From the NCBI GenBank assembly GCA_004431415.1, contig QPMI01000368.1, positions 1-43,084 of the forward strand: a stretch of 43,084 bases of DNA, written 5' to 3'. The position numbers and the translations under genes are program-made. The stretch comes from Cyanophora paradoxa CCMP329 (lineage: Eukaryota; Plantae; Glaucophyta). Below, piece after piece: positions 20,808-34,294 of this stretch. The notes under the pieces are model-generated. The model ran no database searches. It was given only the letters and a program-made list of their open reading frames with translations, and was not told where the DNA came from. Position 1 is the stretch's first letter. Every line of letters starts with the position of its first letter.

Positions 20808-23800
20808 AGTACTACTAGACCTGCCAGGCTGACTCACAGTGAGCCGCCGCCGCCGACTGCAGATCCGGTCCACCGCCGTTGCCTCCGGCCCGCCCGGCCT
20901 GCGGAGGCGCCCGGCCGCTGGGCGCCGGGCGGGAGCTGCTCGACTCGCGACGGACTGAGCTCATGCAGAGGACCGGAGCTGACGCGCCTCGGGCCTGCAC
21001 GCCGCCCCGGTGGGGCCCCGCGCCGTCGACCGCGACCGCGCGCCCCAGAGTCCAGGCCCTCCAGCTGCGCCGCGGCGGGGGCGGGGCCGGAGGGACGGGT
21101 GAGCAATTGATCACAGCGACGACGTCGGCGGCGAGAGAGGCGGCACCACGGCGCGCACCCGCGGGCCGAGGCGAAGCGAGGCACGTGCCGCCAGCCCCGC
21201 GCCTCCGCCAGCAGCAGCTTGAGCCCTGTTCGGTCGGGCGTGCGCGGAGCCGAGACGAGCGAGCCCGCACCCCCGCCCGCCGCCGCGCCTCCAGCTCAGC
21301 TCAAGCGCTGCTCATCGAACCAGAACCGAATGCCCGCGGCGCCCCCGCGTCCCGCGTGCGGCGCTGCTAACGCAATCCTCGATCAGCGAGGCACACACGA
21401 AACATTGCCGCTGCGCGTCTTACCTCGCACGCCCGCAAGTTGAAGACGTCTGCGGTACTACGATGAACGCTCGATCATGCCACTCACTGGTTCCGCGGAG
21501 CCGGGCCTCGAACAGGATCGCGCCGCGCCGAACCCGCCGCGCACAGGCCGGCGCAGGCTCCGAAGCCCTCAGCCAGAAGAGCTCCACGATGTGCTGCCGA
21601 TCAAAAGCTCCGCTCACGCGACGCGGTGCGCCTTGCTCAGCCCCGACAATCCGCTGCCCGGCAGCCTGGCAGCAGCAGCAGCTCGCTCCCGCTGCGCGAC
21701 ACGGGCGGCTCCTGCTGACTGTACATAGCGCTAAGAGCCATCTTCTACGCCCTGTATATATACGTAACGTACGCGTTAACAGCGTTTCAGCGAGCCTTGC
21801 CCAGCAGCTCCCATGGCCAGTATACCGCTACCCAGCAGCCCTTCGTTCGCACCCCGCCGAGCGCTCTCGTTCAAGAGTTGACCGGATTCCGGTCAACCTG
21901 AAGTGCGCGGGCTCTACGCCCTCGTACAAGCCCGGGGGGCGGCGGCAAAGCAGCCAGTCTCTCAGTACTCGAGCTTGTGCAGCTGTGTGCGCGTCCAGCG
22001 GCCGCGCAGCGCGCGATGCGCCGCGCTGCTGTTGGCTGGGTGGCGTGCTGCAGGAGATGCTGGGCGGCGCGACGGCCGCGAGCGAGCAGCGGAGAAGGCG
22101 CCGCGGGCTGTGGGTCAACGTCCTCGCAGCTGCCGCGCGCCAAGCCACGAACCGTCGGCAGGGCCGCGGCCGGCTCGCGGCACGCCTTGCGTAGAGGACG
22201 GCTTAGGTGCGCGGAGGGCTTGGGCCATGCTTCCTATCCCGGCCTCTGAGGTTCTCGCGTCGAACGCAGCGAGGGCCGCTTCTACGGAGGAGCGCTCTGC
22301 CGGCAAGCAAGATCTTCTCGTCTGAGAGCTCGAGGCGCTCGCGTGGTTGGGCGTCTGCTGCTGTGACGCGCTGCGGGCTCCTCGTGCGGCGCCAGCTGGC
22401 GCGTGCGGGCCAGCTAGCTGAGGAGTGCACGCGCGGCCGGCTGCGTGAACGGGTCCCGCCTCGGTGCGCCCGCCCTGAGCGGGGCGGGCGGCGCGGCGGC
22501 CTCGGGTCCAGTTCCGCGGCTGACCGCGCGCCCGCCCCGCCGCAGGCTTCGTCGCCCCCGCGTGGCCCGCGGTCCCCGGGCCCCTCGGAGGCCAAGGGGC
22601 GGAGGGCGGCTTGTTCGACCCGCCCGCCGCCCGCTGAACCAGCCGCCCGCCGCCCGCTGCGGGCTCTGCAGACCTCGCGTGCAGGGCGGCGGTGGCCGGT
22701 GCGGGCGGGGGACGCGTCGGACGAAGCTGCGTCGCAGCCCGGGGCGGGCCCCCACGAGGCCGGGCCCCTGCGCAGCGAGGCGGCGCCGGGGCGCGCGGCG
22801 GGCGCGGCGGGCGCGGCGGCCCCGCCCCGCCCCTCGAGACCCCCCTGGAGAGCCTCCCTCGCCCCTCGCCCACGGGGCGTCCGACGGTCCCGGCTGGAGA
22901 AGGCGGGGAGCGGCGGGCGGCGGCGGCGGGCGGCGGCTTACCCGCTTTGCCCCCGCCGCTGATGGTAACGGGCGCTCCGCTCCAGCAGCCGCCGCGTCAA
23001 CGGTGCGACCCTCTCCCGGGCGCGTACCCCTCCGGGGCGCAGCTGTACCCCCTGCCCTACCCTCTCGTCTCCCCAGGCGCACGACCAGCCGACCGTCGGA
23101 CATCGACGGGCAGCGGCGGGCGCCGCCGCGGCGCATGGCGCGCCTGCGGGGGCCGGCCTCTGAGTCCGAAGCTCCCTCCCCCGGCCCGTGCCGCCCCGCT
23201 TCGGGGCGCCCGCCCGCGGCTCCCCGCCTGCCACGCCCCCTCCTTCCTCGAGATCCGCCTCCTCACCAACCTCCCCCGCGCGGCCCCCCGCGCCCGCCGG
23301 CCCCGCCTCACGCCACTTGGCGCCCTCCGCCTGGCGGCGGCCTTCCGCGGGCGGGCCCTCCGCGGGCGGCCCACGCCGCCCTCTGGATCTGCGTCGGCGT
23401 CACCTACGGGCTGGGCCGCCGCCGGGGCCGCCGCCTGCCGCAGTTCTTAGCCTCCCCTGCTCCGTTGCGGCAAGGCGCCGGCGCCGGCCCCGCATCATTA
23501 CTAGCATCGCTAGTTCCACCGCCATCGCGCAGCGCGGAGCAACAGATGATCAGCAGAGGCCCCCTTGGACGCTCAGATCCGGACTCATGAGTCATGATCA
23601 GAGGTGGCGCAAGCCGGCATCGAGACTCTAGAGTGTCTAAGACTCTCAGAGTCTAACAGCTATATGATATAGCTAGCGCTGTGGCTTGAATTGAATTCGA
23701 ACGTTAATTATAACGGGTGTAAGAGCCGGCGCCAATCGATATCCTGCCCCAAGCCTTGAAGCTGCATGCACACAAGGGTGATTGGATTCGAATTCGATTC

Positions 23801-26800
23801 CGAGAGCCCTATCGAGTACCAACTTGGCAATAGTACTACTGCCAGCTGCAGGCTGAGCCGCCGCCGCCGCCTGCGCATGCAGCTCTACCGCCGCTGCCCT
23901 CGGCCCGCGCGGCCCCGGCGGCCGGTGCCGCCTCGTGCAAGGCAGCTGCAAGAGCGCAGCTTCGCCCGCGGCGCTCGCAGGGGCGAGGGCGCCCCGCGGT
24001 GGCGCCCGGCCGCTGGGCGGGAGCTGCTCGACTCGCGACGGACTGAGCTCATGCAGAGGACCGGAGCTGACGCGCCTCGGGCCTGCACGCCGCCCCGGCG
24101 GGGCCCCGCGCCGTCGACCGCGACCGCGCGCCCCAGAGTCCAGGCCCTCCAGCTGCGCTGCGGCAGGGGCGGGGCGGCAGGGACGGCTGAGCAATTGGTC
24201 GCAGCGACGACGTCGGCGGCGAGAGGGGCGGCGCCACGGCGCGCACCCGCGGGTCGAGGCAAAGCGAGGCACGTGCCGCCATTCCGCGCCTCCGCCAGCA
24301 GCAGCCGTGTTGGGTCGGGCGTGCGCGGAGCCGAGACGAGCGAGCCCGCACCCCCGCCCGCCGCCGCGCCTCCAGCTCAGCTCAAGCGCTGCTCATCGAA
24401 CCAGAACCGAATGCCCGCGGCGCCCCCGCGTCCCGCGTGCGGCGCTGCTAACGCAATCCTCGATCAGCGAGGCACACACGAAACATTGCCGCTGCGCGTC
24501 TTACCTCGCACGCCCGCAAGTTGAAGACGTCTGCGGTACTACGACGAACGCTCGATCATGCCAATCACTCCTTCCGCTGCAGCCGGGCCCCGAACAGGAT
24601 CTCGCCGCGCCGAACCCGCCGCGCACAGGCCGGCGCAGGCTCCGAAGCCCTCAGCCAGAAGAGCTCCACGATGTGCTGCCGATCAAAAGCTCCGCTCACG
24701 CGACGCGGTGCGCCTTGCTGAGCCCCGACATTCCGCCGCCCGGCAGCCTGGCAGCAGCAGCAGCTCGCTCCCGCTGCGCGACACGGGCGGCTCCTGCTGA
24801 CTGTTCATAGCGCTAAGAGCCATCTTCTACGCCCTGTATATATACGTAACGTACGCGTTAACAGCGTTTCAGCGAGCCTTGCCCAGCAGCTCCCATGGCC
24901 AGTATACCGCTACCCAGCAGCCCTTCGTTCGCACCCCGCCGAGCGCTCTCGTTCAAGAGTTGACCGGATTCCGGTCAACCTGAAGTGCGCGGGCTCTACG
25001 CCCTCGTACAAGCCCGGGGGGCGGCGGCAAAGCAGCCAGTCTCTCAGTACTCGAGCTTGTGCAGCTGTGTGCGCGTCCAGCGGCCGCGCAGCGCGCGATG
25101 CGCCGCGCTGCTGTTGGCTGGGTGGCGTGCTGCAGGAGATGCTGGGCGGCGCGACGGCCGCGAGCGAGCAGCGGAGAAGGCGCCGCGGGCTGTGGGTCAA
25201 CGTCCTCGCAGCTGCCGCGCGCCAAGCCACGAACCGTCGGCAGGGCCGCGGCCGGCTCGCGGCACGCCTTGCGTAGAGGACGGCTTAGGTGCGCGGAGGG
25301 CTTGGGCCATGCTTCCTATCCCGGCCTCTGAGGTTCTCGCGTCGAACGCAGCGAGGGCCGCTTCTACGGAGGAGCGCTCTGCCGGCAAGCAAGATCTTCT
25401 CGTCTGAGAGCTCGAGGCGCTCGCGTGGTTGGGCGTCTGCTGCTGTGACGCGCTGCGGGCTCCTCGTGCGGCGCCAGCTGGCGCGTGCGGGCCAGCTAGC
25501 TGAGGAGTGCACGCGCGGCCGGCTGCGTGAACGGGTCCCGCCTCGGTGCGCCCGCCCTGAGCGGGGCGGGCGGCGCGGCGGCCTCGGGTCCAGTTCCGCG
25601 GCTGACCGCGCGCCCGCCCCGCCGCAGGCTTCGTCGCCCCCGGCGTGGCCCGCGGTCCCGGGCCCCTCGGAGGCCAAGGGGCGGAGGGCGGCTTGTTCGA
25701 CCCGCCCGCCGCCCGCTGAACCAGCCGCCCGCCGCCCGCTGCGGGCTCTGCAGACCTCGCGTGCAGGGCGGCGGTGGCCGGTGCGGGCGGGGGACGCGTC
25801 GGACGAAGCTGCGTCGCAGCCCGGGGCGGGCCCCCACGAGGCCGGGCCCCTGCGCAGCGAGGCGGCGCCGGGGCGCGCGGCGGGCGCGGCGGGCGCGGCG
25901 GCCCCGCCCCGCCCTCGAGACCCCCTGGAGAGCCTCCCTCGCCCTCGCCCACGGGGCGTCCGACGGTCCCGGCTGGAGAAGGCGGGGAGCGGCGGGCGGC
26001 GGCGGCGGGCGGCGGCTTACCCGCTTTGCCCCCGCCGCTGATGGTAACGGGCGCTCCGCTCCAGCAGCCGCCGCGTCAACGGTGCGACCCTCTCCCGGGC
26101 GCGTACCCCTCCGGGGCGCAGCTGTACCCCCTGCCCTACCCTCTCGTCTCCCCAGGCGCACGACCAGCCGACCGTCGGACATCGACGGGCAGCGGCGGGC
26201 GCCGCCGCGGCGCATGGTGCGCCTGCGGGGGCCGGCCTCTGAGTCCGAAGCTCCCTCCCCCGGCCCGTGCCGCCCCGCTTCGGGGCGCCCGCCCGCGGCT
26301 CCCCGCCTGCCACGCCCCCTCCTTCCTCGAGATCCGCCTCCTCACCAACCTCCCCCGCGCGGCCCCCCGCGCCCGCCGGCCCCGCCTCACGCCGCCCTCT
26401 GGATCTGCGCGGCGTCACCTACGGGCGGGCCCTCCGCGGGCGGCCCCAGCCCCCGCCCCCGCCGCGGCGGCCCGCTCCCAAGTTCCTCTGGGTCCTCCGT
26501 TGCGGCAAGGTGCCGGCCCCGCATCATTACTAGCATCGCTAGTTCCACCGCCATCGCGCAGCGCGGAGCAACAGATGATCAGCAGAGGCCCCCTTGGACG
26601 CTCAGATCCGGACTCATGAGTCATGATCAGTGGTAGCGCTAGCGGACATCGAGACTCTAGAGTGTCTAAGACTCGAACAGATAGCGCTGTGGCTTGAATT
26701 GAATTCGAACGTTGATTATAGCGGGTGCAAGAGCCTATCGATATCCTGCCCCAAGCCTTGAAGATGCATGCACACAAGGGTGCACGTGATTGGATTCGAA

Positions 26801-29800
26801 TTCGATTCGGAGAGCACCATCGAGTACGTATACCAATAGTACTACTGCCAGGCTGAGCCGCCGCCGCCGCCTGCGCATGCAGCAGCATTGCAGCTCTACC
26901 GCCGCTGCCTTCGGCCCGCGCGGCCCCGGCGGCCGGTGCCGCCTCGTGCACGGCAGATGCAAGAGCGCCAGCTTCGCCCGCGACGCTCGCAGGGGCGAGG
27001 GCGCCCCGCGGTGGCGCCCGGCCGCTGGGCGGGAGCTGCTCGACTCGCGACGGACTGAGCTCATGCAGAGGACCGGAGCTGACGCGCCTCGGGCCTGCAC
27101 GCCGCCCCGGCGGGGCCCCGCGCTGTCGACCGCGACCGCGCGCCCCAGAGTCCAGGCCCTCCAGCTGCGCCGCGGCGGGGGCGGGGCAGCAGGGACGGCT
27201 GAGCAATTGGTCGCAGCGACGACGTCGGCGGCGAGAGGGGCGGCGCCACGGCGCGCACCCGCGGGTCGAGGCAAAGCGAGGCACGTGCCGCCATTCCGCG
27301 CCTCCGCCAGCAGCAGCCCTGTTGGGTCGGGCGTGCGCGGAGCCGAGACGAGCGAGCCCGCACCCCCGCCCGCCGCCGCGCCTCCAGCTCAGCTCAAGCG
27401 CTGCTCATCGAACCAGAACCGAATGCCCGCGGCGCCCCCGCGTCCCGCGTGCGGCGCTGCTAACGCAATCCTCGATCAGCGAGGCACACACGAAACATTG
27501 CCGCTGCGCGTCTTACCTCGCACGCCCGCAAGTTGAAGACGTCTGCGGTACTACGACGAACGCTCGATCATGCCAATCACTCCTTCCGCTGCAGCCGGGC
27601 CCGAACAGGATCTCGCCGCGCCGAACCCGCCGCGCACAGGCCGGCGCAGGCTCCGAAGCCCTCAGCCAGAAGAGCTCCACGATGTGCTGCCGATCAAAAG
27701 CTCCGCTCACGCGACGCGGTGCGCCTTGCTGAGCCCCGACATTCCGCCGCCCGGCAGCCTGGCAGCAGCAGCAGCTCGCTCCCGCTGCGCGACACGGGCG
27801 GCTCCTGCTGACTGTTCATAGCGCTAAGAGCCATCTTCTACGCCCTGTATATATACGTAACGTACGCGTTAACAGCGTTCCAGCGAGCCTTGCCCAGCAG
27901 CTCCCAGTATACCGCTACCCAGCAGCCCTTCGTTCGCACCCCGCCGAGCGCTCTCGTTCAAGAGTTGACCGGATTCCGGTCAACCTGAAGTGCGCGGGCT
28001 CTACGCCCTCGTACAAGCCCGGGGGGCGGCGGCAAAGCAGCCAGTCTCTCAGTACTCGAGCTTGTGCAGTTGTGTGCGCGTCCAGCGGCCGCGCAGCGCG
28101 CGATGCGCCGCGCAGCTGTTGGCTGGGTGGCGTGCTGCAGAAGATGCTGGGCGGCGCGACGGCCGCGAGCGAGCAGCGGAGAAGGCGCCGCGGGCTGTGG
28201 GTCAACGTCCTCGCAGCTGCTGCGCGCCAAGCCACGAACCGTCGGCAGGGCCGCGGCCGGCTCGCGGCACGCCTTGCGCATGCGTAGAGGACGGCTTAGG
28301 TGCGCGGAGGGCTTGGGCCATGCTTCCTTTCCCGGCCTCTGAGGTTCTCGCGTCGAACGCAGCGAGGGCCGCTTCTACGGAGGAGCGCTCTGCCGGCAAG
28401 CAAGATCTTCTCGTCTGAGAGCTCGAGGCGCTCGCGTGGTTGGGCGTCTGCTGCTGTGACGCGCTGCGGGCTCCTCGTGCGGCGCCAGCTGGCGCGTGCG
28501 GGCCAGCTAGCTGAGGAGTGCACGCGCGGCCGGCTGCGTGAACGGGTCCCGCCTCGGTGCGCCCGCCCTGAGCGGGGCGGGCGGCGCGGCGGCCTCGGGT
28601 CCAGTTCCGCGGCTGACCGCGCGCCCGCCCCGCCGCAGGCTTCGTCGCCCCCGGCGTGGCCCGCGGTCCCCGGGCCCCTCGGAGGCCAAGGGGCGGAGGG
28701 CGGCTTGTTCGACCCGCCCGCCGCCCGCTGAACCAGCCGCCCGCCGCCCGCTGCGGGCTCTGCAGACCTCGCGTGCAGGGCGGCGGTGGCTGGTGCGGGC
28801 GGGGGACGCGTCGGACGAAGCTGCGTCGCAGCCCGGGGCGGGCCCCCACGAGGCCGGGCCCCTGCGCAGCGAGGCGGCGCCGGGGCGCGCGGCGGGCGCG
28901 GCGGGCGCGGCGGCCCCGCCCTGCCCCTCGGGATCCCCCTCGAGACCCTCCCTCGCCCGTCGAAGGCGGGGCGGGGCGGCTGGGGAAGGCGGGGAGCGGC
29001 CAGCTGCGGCGGCGGGCGGCGGCTTACCCGCTTTGCCCCCGCCGCTGATGGTACCCTCGCAGACTCTGTATGTCGGGGCCGGACTCGAACGGGCGCTCCG
29101 CTCCAGCAGCCGCCGCGTCAACGGTGCGACCCTCTCCCGGGCGCGTACCCCTCCGGGGCGCAGCTGTACCCCCTGCCCTACCCTCTCGTCTCCCCAGGCG
29201 CACGACCAGCCGACCGTCGGACATCGACGGGCAGCGGCGGGCGCCGCGGCGCATGGCGCGCCTGCGGGGCCCGGCCTCTGGGTCCGAAGCTTCCTCCCCC
29301 GGCCCGTGCCGCCCCGCTTCGGGGCGCCCGCCCGCGGCTCCCCGCCTGCCACGCCCCCTCCTTCCTCGAGATCCGCCTCCTCACCAACCTCCCCCGCGCG
29401 GCCCCCCGCGCCCGCCGGCCCTGCCTCACGCCACTGGGCGCCCTCCGCCTGGCGGCGGCCTTCCGCGGGCGGGCCCTCCGCGGGCGGCCCCACGCCGCCC
29501 TCTGGATCTGCGTCGGCGTCACCTACGGGCTGGGGCCGCCGCCGGGGCCGCCGCCTGCCGCAGTTCTTAGCCTCCCCTGCTCCGTTGCGGCAAGGCGCCG
29601 GCGCCGGCCCCGCATCATTACTAGCATCGCTAGTTCCACCGCCATCGCGCAGCGCGGAGCAACAGATGATCAGCAGAGGCCCCCTTGGACGCTCAGATCC
29701 GGACTCATGAGTCATGATCAGAGGTGGCGCAAGCCGGCATCGAGACTCTAGAGTGTCTAAGACTCTCAGAGTCTAACAGCTATATGATATAGCTAGCGCT

Positions 29801-32452
29801 GTGGCTTGAATTGAATTCGAACGTTAATTATAACGGGTGTAAGAGCCGGCGCCAATCGATATCCTGCCCCAAGCCTTGAAGCTGCATGCACACAAGGGTG
29901 ATTGGATTCGAATTCGATTCCGAGAGCCCTATCGAGTACCAACTTGGCAATAGTACTACTGCCAGCTGCAGGCTGAGCCGCCGCCGCCGCCTGCGCATGC
30001 AGCTCTACCGCCGCTGCCCTCGGCCCGCGCGGCCCCAGCAGCCGGTGCCGCCTCGTGCAAGGCAGCTGCAAGAGCGCAGCTTCGCCCGCGGCGCTCGCAA
30101 GGGCGAGGGCGCCCCGCGGGGGCGCCCGGCCGCTGGGCGGGAGCTGCTCGACTCGCGACGGACTGAGCTCATGCAGAGGACCGGAGCTGACGCGCCTCGG
30201 GCCTGCACGCCGCCCCGGCGGGGCCCCGCGCTGTCGACCGCGACCGCGCGCCCCAGAGTCCAGGCCCTCCAGCTGCGCCGCGGCGGGGGCGGGGCAGCAG
30301 GGACGGCTGAGCAATTGGTCGCAGCGACGACGTCGGCGGCGAGAGGGGCGGCGCCACGGCGCGCACCCGCAGACTGAGATGAAGCGAGGCACGTGCCGCC
30401 ATTCCGCGCCTCCGCCAGCAGCAGCCGTGTTGGGTCGGGCGTGCGCGGAGCCGAGACGAGCGAGCCCGCACCCCCGCCCGCCGCCGCGCCTCCAGCTCAG
30501 CTCAAGCGCTGCTCATCGAACCAGAACCGAATGCCCGCGGCGCCCCCGCGTCCCGCGTGCGGCGCTGCTAACGCAATCCTCGATCAGCGAGGCACACACG
30601 AAACATTGCCGCTGCGCGTCTTACCTCGCACGCCCGCAAGTTGAAGACGTCTGCTGTACTATGACGAACGCTCGATCATGCCACTCACTGGTTCCGCTGC
30701 AGCCGGGCCCCGAACAGGATCGCGCCGCGCCGAACCCGCCGCGCATAGGCCGGCGCAGGCTGCGAAGCCCGCAGCCAGAAGAGCTCCACGATGTGCTGCC
30801 GATCAAAAGCTCCGCTCACGCGACGCGGTGCGCCTTGCTCAGCCCCGACAATCCGCCACCCGGCAGCGGCAGTCCCGCTGCGCGACACGGGCGGCTCCTG
30901 CTGACTGTTCATACCGCTAAGAGCCATCTTCTACGCCCTGAAACGTTTAACAGCGTTCCAGCGAGCCTTTCCCAGCAGCTCCCAGTATACCGCTACCCAG
31001 CAGCCCTTCGTTCGCACCCCGCCGAGCGCTCTCGTTCAAGAGTTGACCGGATTCCGGTCAACCTGAAATGCGCGGGCTCTACGCCCTCGTACAAGCCCGG
31101 GGGGCGGCGGCAAAGCAGCCAGTCTCTCAGTACTCGAGCTTGTGCAGCTGTGTGCGCGTCCAGCGGCCGCGCAGCGCGCGATGCGCCGCGCTGCTGTTGG
31201 CTGGGTGGCGTGCTGCAGAAGATGCTGGGCGGCGCGACGGCCGCGAGCGAGCAGCGGAGAAGGCGCCGCGGGCTGTGGGTCAACGTCCTCGCAGCTGCCG
31301 CGCGCCAAGCCACGAACCGTCGGCAGGGCCGCGGCCGGCTCGCGGCACGCCTTGCGTAGAGGACGGCTCAGGTGCGCGGAGGGCTTGGGCCATGCTTCCT
31401 TTCCCGGCCTCTGAGGTTCTCGCGTCGAACGCAGCGAGGGCCGCTTCTACGGAGGAGCGCTCTGCCGGCAAGCAAGATCTTCTCGTCTGAGAGCTCGAGG
31501 CGCTCGCGTGGTTGGGCGTCTGCTGCTGTGACGCGCTGCGGGCTCCTCGTGCGGCGCCAGCTGGCGCGTGCGGGCCAGCTAGCTGAGGAGTGCGCGCGCG
31601 GCCGGCTGCGTGAACGGGTCCCGCCTCGGTGCGCCCGCCCTGAGCGGGGCGGGCGGCGCGGCGGCCTCGGGTCCAGTTCCGCGGCTGACCGCGCGCCCGC
31701 CCCGCCGCAGGCTTCGTCGCCCCCGGCGTGGCCCGCGGTCCCCGGGCCCTCGGAGGCCAAGGGGCGGAGGGCGGCTTGTTCGACCCGCCCGCCGCCCGCT
31801 GAACCAGCCGCCCGCCGCCCGCTGCGGGCTCTGCAGACCTCGCGTGCAGGGCGGCGGTGGATGGTGCGGGCGGGGGACGCGTCGGACGAAGCTGCGTCGC
31901 AGCCCGGGGCGGGCCCCCCACGAGGCCGGGCCCCTGCGCAGCGAGGCGGCGCCGGGGCGCGCGGCGGGCGCGGCGGGCGCGGCGGGCGCGGCGGCCCCGC
32001 CCCGCCCCTCGGGATCCCCCTCGAGACCCGCCCGCGCCCCTCGCCCACGGGGCGTCCGACGGTCCCGGCTGGAGAAGGCGCGGAGCGGCCGGCGGCGGCG
32101 GCGGGCGGCGGCTTACCCGCTTTGCCCCCGCCGCTGATGGTAACGGGCGCTCCGCTCCAGCAGCCGCCGCGTCAACGGTGCGACCCTCTCCCGGGCGCGT
32201 ACCCCTCCGGGGCGCAGCTGTACCCCCTGCCTTACCCTCTCGTCTATCCAGGCGCACGACCAGCCGACCGTCGGACATCGACGGGCAGCGGCAGGCGCCT
32301 CTGAGTCCGAAGCGAGTCTGAAGCTCCCTCCCCCGGCCCTTGCCGCCTCGCTTCGGGGCGCCCGCCCGCGGCTCCCCGCCTGCCACGCCACCTTCGCCAA
32401 CCTCCCCCGCCGGCCCCCCGCGCCCGCCGGCCCCGCCTCACGCCACTGGGCG
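20808..32452. repeat. Tandem array of a ~3.05-kb unit, 4 copies (last one truncated); diverged remnant to the left (~20520-20800)
   Basis: Anchor agtactact at 20808, 23832, 26838 and 29952 (periods 3024, 3006, 3114). Copies are highly similar. The unit has intron-like signals but I found no recognisable domain. Confidence 0.95.
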
Positions 32453-32459
32453 GTGGGAG

Positions 32460-33033
32460 AAGCCCATGACGCTGGCGACGGCTGCGGCGGCGGCGGCGCT
32501 GGCGACGGCCACGTGCTACGTATACTCTTCTTGTATATACACGGCGGGGCCGTTCCCGTGCAAGGCCTTCGCTACCGCCCACGCCCTCCAGCAGGCGGGG
32601 GGAGAGGGGGGGGGAGGGGGGGGGGGAGGGGGGGGGCAGATCTAGAGGCCTTTCACTTTCAATCTCTCAGTCAATTGAAATCAGCTACAGACCAGACATA
32701 GCGTTGGCTACTGATAGATAACTATAGCTATAGCTAGCGCTATAGCTAGCTACAGACCTATTTCAGACCTACTTCAGCGGACAGAAGGTCCATTGTGCGG
32801 CCTGCTTGGGCCGGCGCCGGCGCCTGTTCAACGGTTGAGCGTCCCCGGGGCGACGCGGAGGGCGTGGTCGGCACCCTCCGAGGCGGCGCGCGGCGCGGCG
32901 CGGCGCGGTGCATGCGGGGCGCCTGCGGGGCGGGGCGGGGCGGGGGACGGGCCTTGAGGACAGCGAGCTCCAGGCACGTCAGCGAGCGGCAGACTGTGCG
33001 GCTGAGGCGCAGCGACGATTTCAGGCTGGCCAT
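32460..33033 (-). other. Possible short spliced gene fragment (MASLKSSLRLSRTVCRSLTCLELAVLK...) pointing into the array
   Basis: ATG at 33033, GC-donor followed by host-type cgcccc intron sequence; downstream structure unresolved. Confidence 0.25.
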
Positions 33034-34294
33034 GGGGCGCGGCCGCGCTGGCCCATCGCGATCGGCCCGGGTACGCTGCGATCGCGATCGCGACAGCAAT
33101 TAGAAATCGGAACAGGTAGCCTGGTATATACGAAGGCGGTTAGAAGCCAGCTGATATTCTTAGCTACAGCTGATTAGCTGGCCGCGAGCATGCGCATGCA
33201 GGGACCGATGGACCGACGCGAGGTTCGTCGCAGCGGACGTTGCTGTCGCCATCGCGCGTCTCCAGCTGCATCCGATCATGGACAGCGACATTGGGCATGG
33301 GGATGATGCAGCAAACCGTAGCTATAGTCCGCGACGTCAGTAGCCGGAGTCAGCAGCAAACCGTGGTCCGCGACTGCTCCATTCTGGAGCATCATTGCAG
33401 AGCGGCATAATTGCAGCCGTGTCCTGGTGGCGGCGGGCAGCAGCCGTAGTCTTTGCGAAGTCCCTTCCGGGCCGCGCGCCCGGCAGTAGCAGGGCTGCAA
33501 CGGGCAGCTCGCAGGCTGCGGCGGCAGCAGAGGGCAGCACCAAGGCGGCATGAAGGCGGCTTCAAGGTGGCATCGAAGGTGGTTCAAGGTGCCACCCAAG
33601 GGGTACAAGGTGAAGGAGAGAACGCGCACCGGCTCTGCGCCGGGCAGCGCGGCTGGAGATCCCGCTTGTCTGTAGGAAACCAGACGAAACCAGGTGCTCC
33701 GCACCCGCCTTATTCGATCCACGGATCCCGTTTTCTCCACCGAGCGCTTTCGCGCTTCCCCGCAAGCTAGATACAGAGGTCGCAAGCTTCCCATCTAGTC
33801 CAAGCTCGCCTGCGACGCTGTTTTACACCGAGCTCAACTGCGTCGCCCGCGCGACCGGGCTGGCGCTGGGATTAGATCTCCGACACAAGAAGTTGGCTCT
33901 CTTCACAGAAGCCGTTGAACGCTGACGAGACGCTCTTCTGGCAGATTTTCAGCCACTCTTCTAACAGCGTACGCTCCTTTGCGTCCGGCGGACCGAATCA
34001 GGTTCGGTGGTCCTTCTTCCTGGGGAACACGATCGTCGCCTGCTCCTGTCGCGGATATAGTACGATCTCATGCTTCGGGATATGTATTAGAGAGACCCAA
34101 AGCTCTCCCGTGCTGCATTGCGCACCGCGTTGACGTCCGCTCGGGTTGTTCGCGTTCCTTCCGATTCCTTTCGTACAGCGGTCCGCGACAAGCGTCTAGT
34201 CTCCATTCGGATTTCCGGTGAGATCAAATCGCCCGAACGTCCCCCGCCTCGAAACTGATCCAGATTCAGTCTTGCAGTCCAGCTCCGCTGCAAG

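Noticed and set aside
20796-32400. Dozens of 100-430-aa Arg/Pro/Gly/Ala-rich ORFs in the array
   Set aside because: Expected in very GC-rich DNA; frames are not preserved between copies and no domains are recognisable.
33276-34100. Degenerate tyrosine recombinase on the minus strand (FPRKKDHRT*FGP, LLEEWLK, DRIRRVRSTWF, LNHLRCHLEAAF); vague echoes in the array unit
   Set aside because: The motifs are in different frames with stops, there is no full R-K-HxxR-H-Y set, and the LNH segment derives from a (t/c)aagg minisatellite at ~33540-33616.
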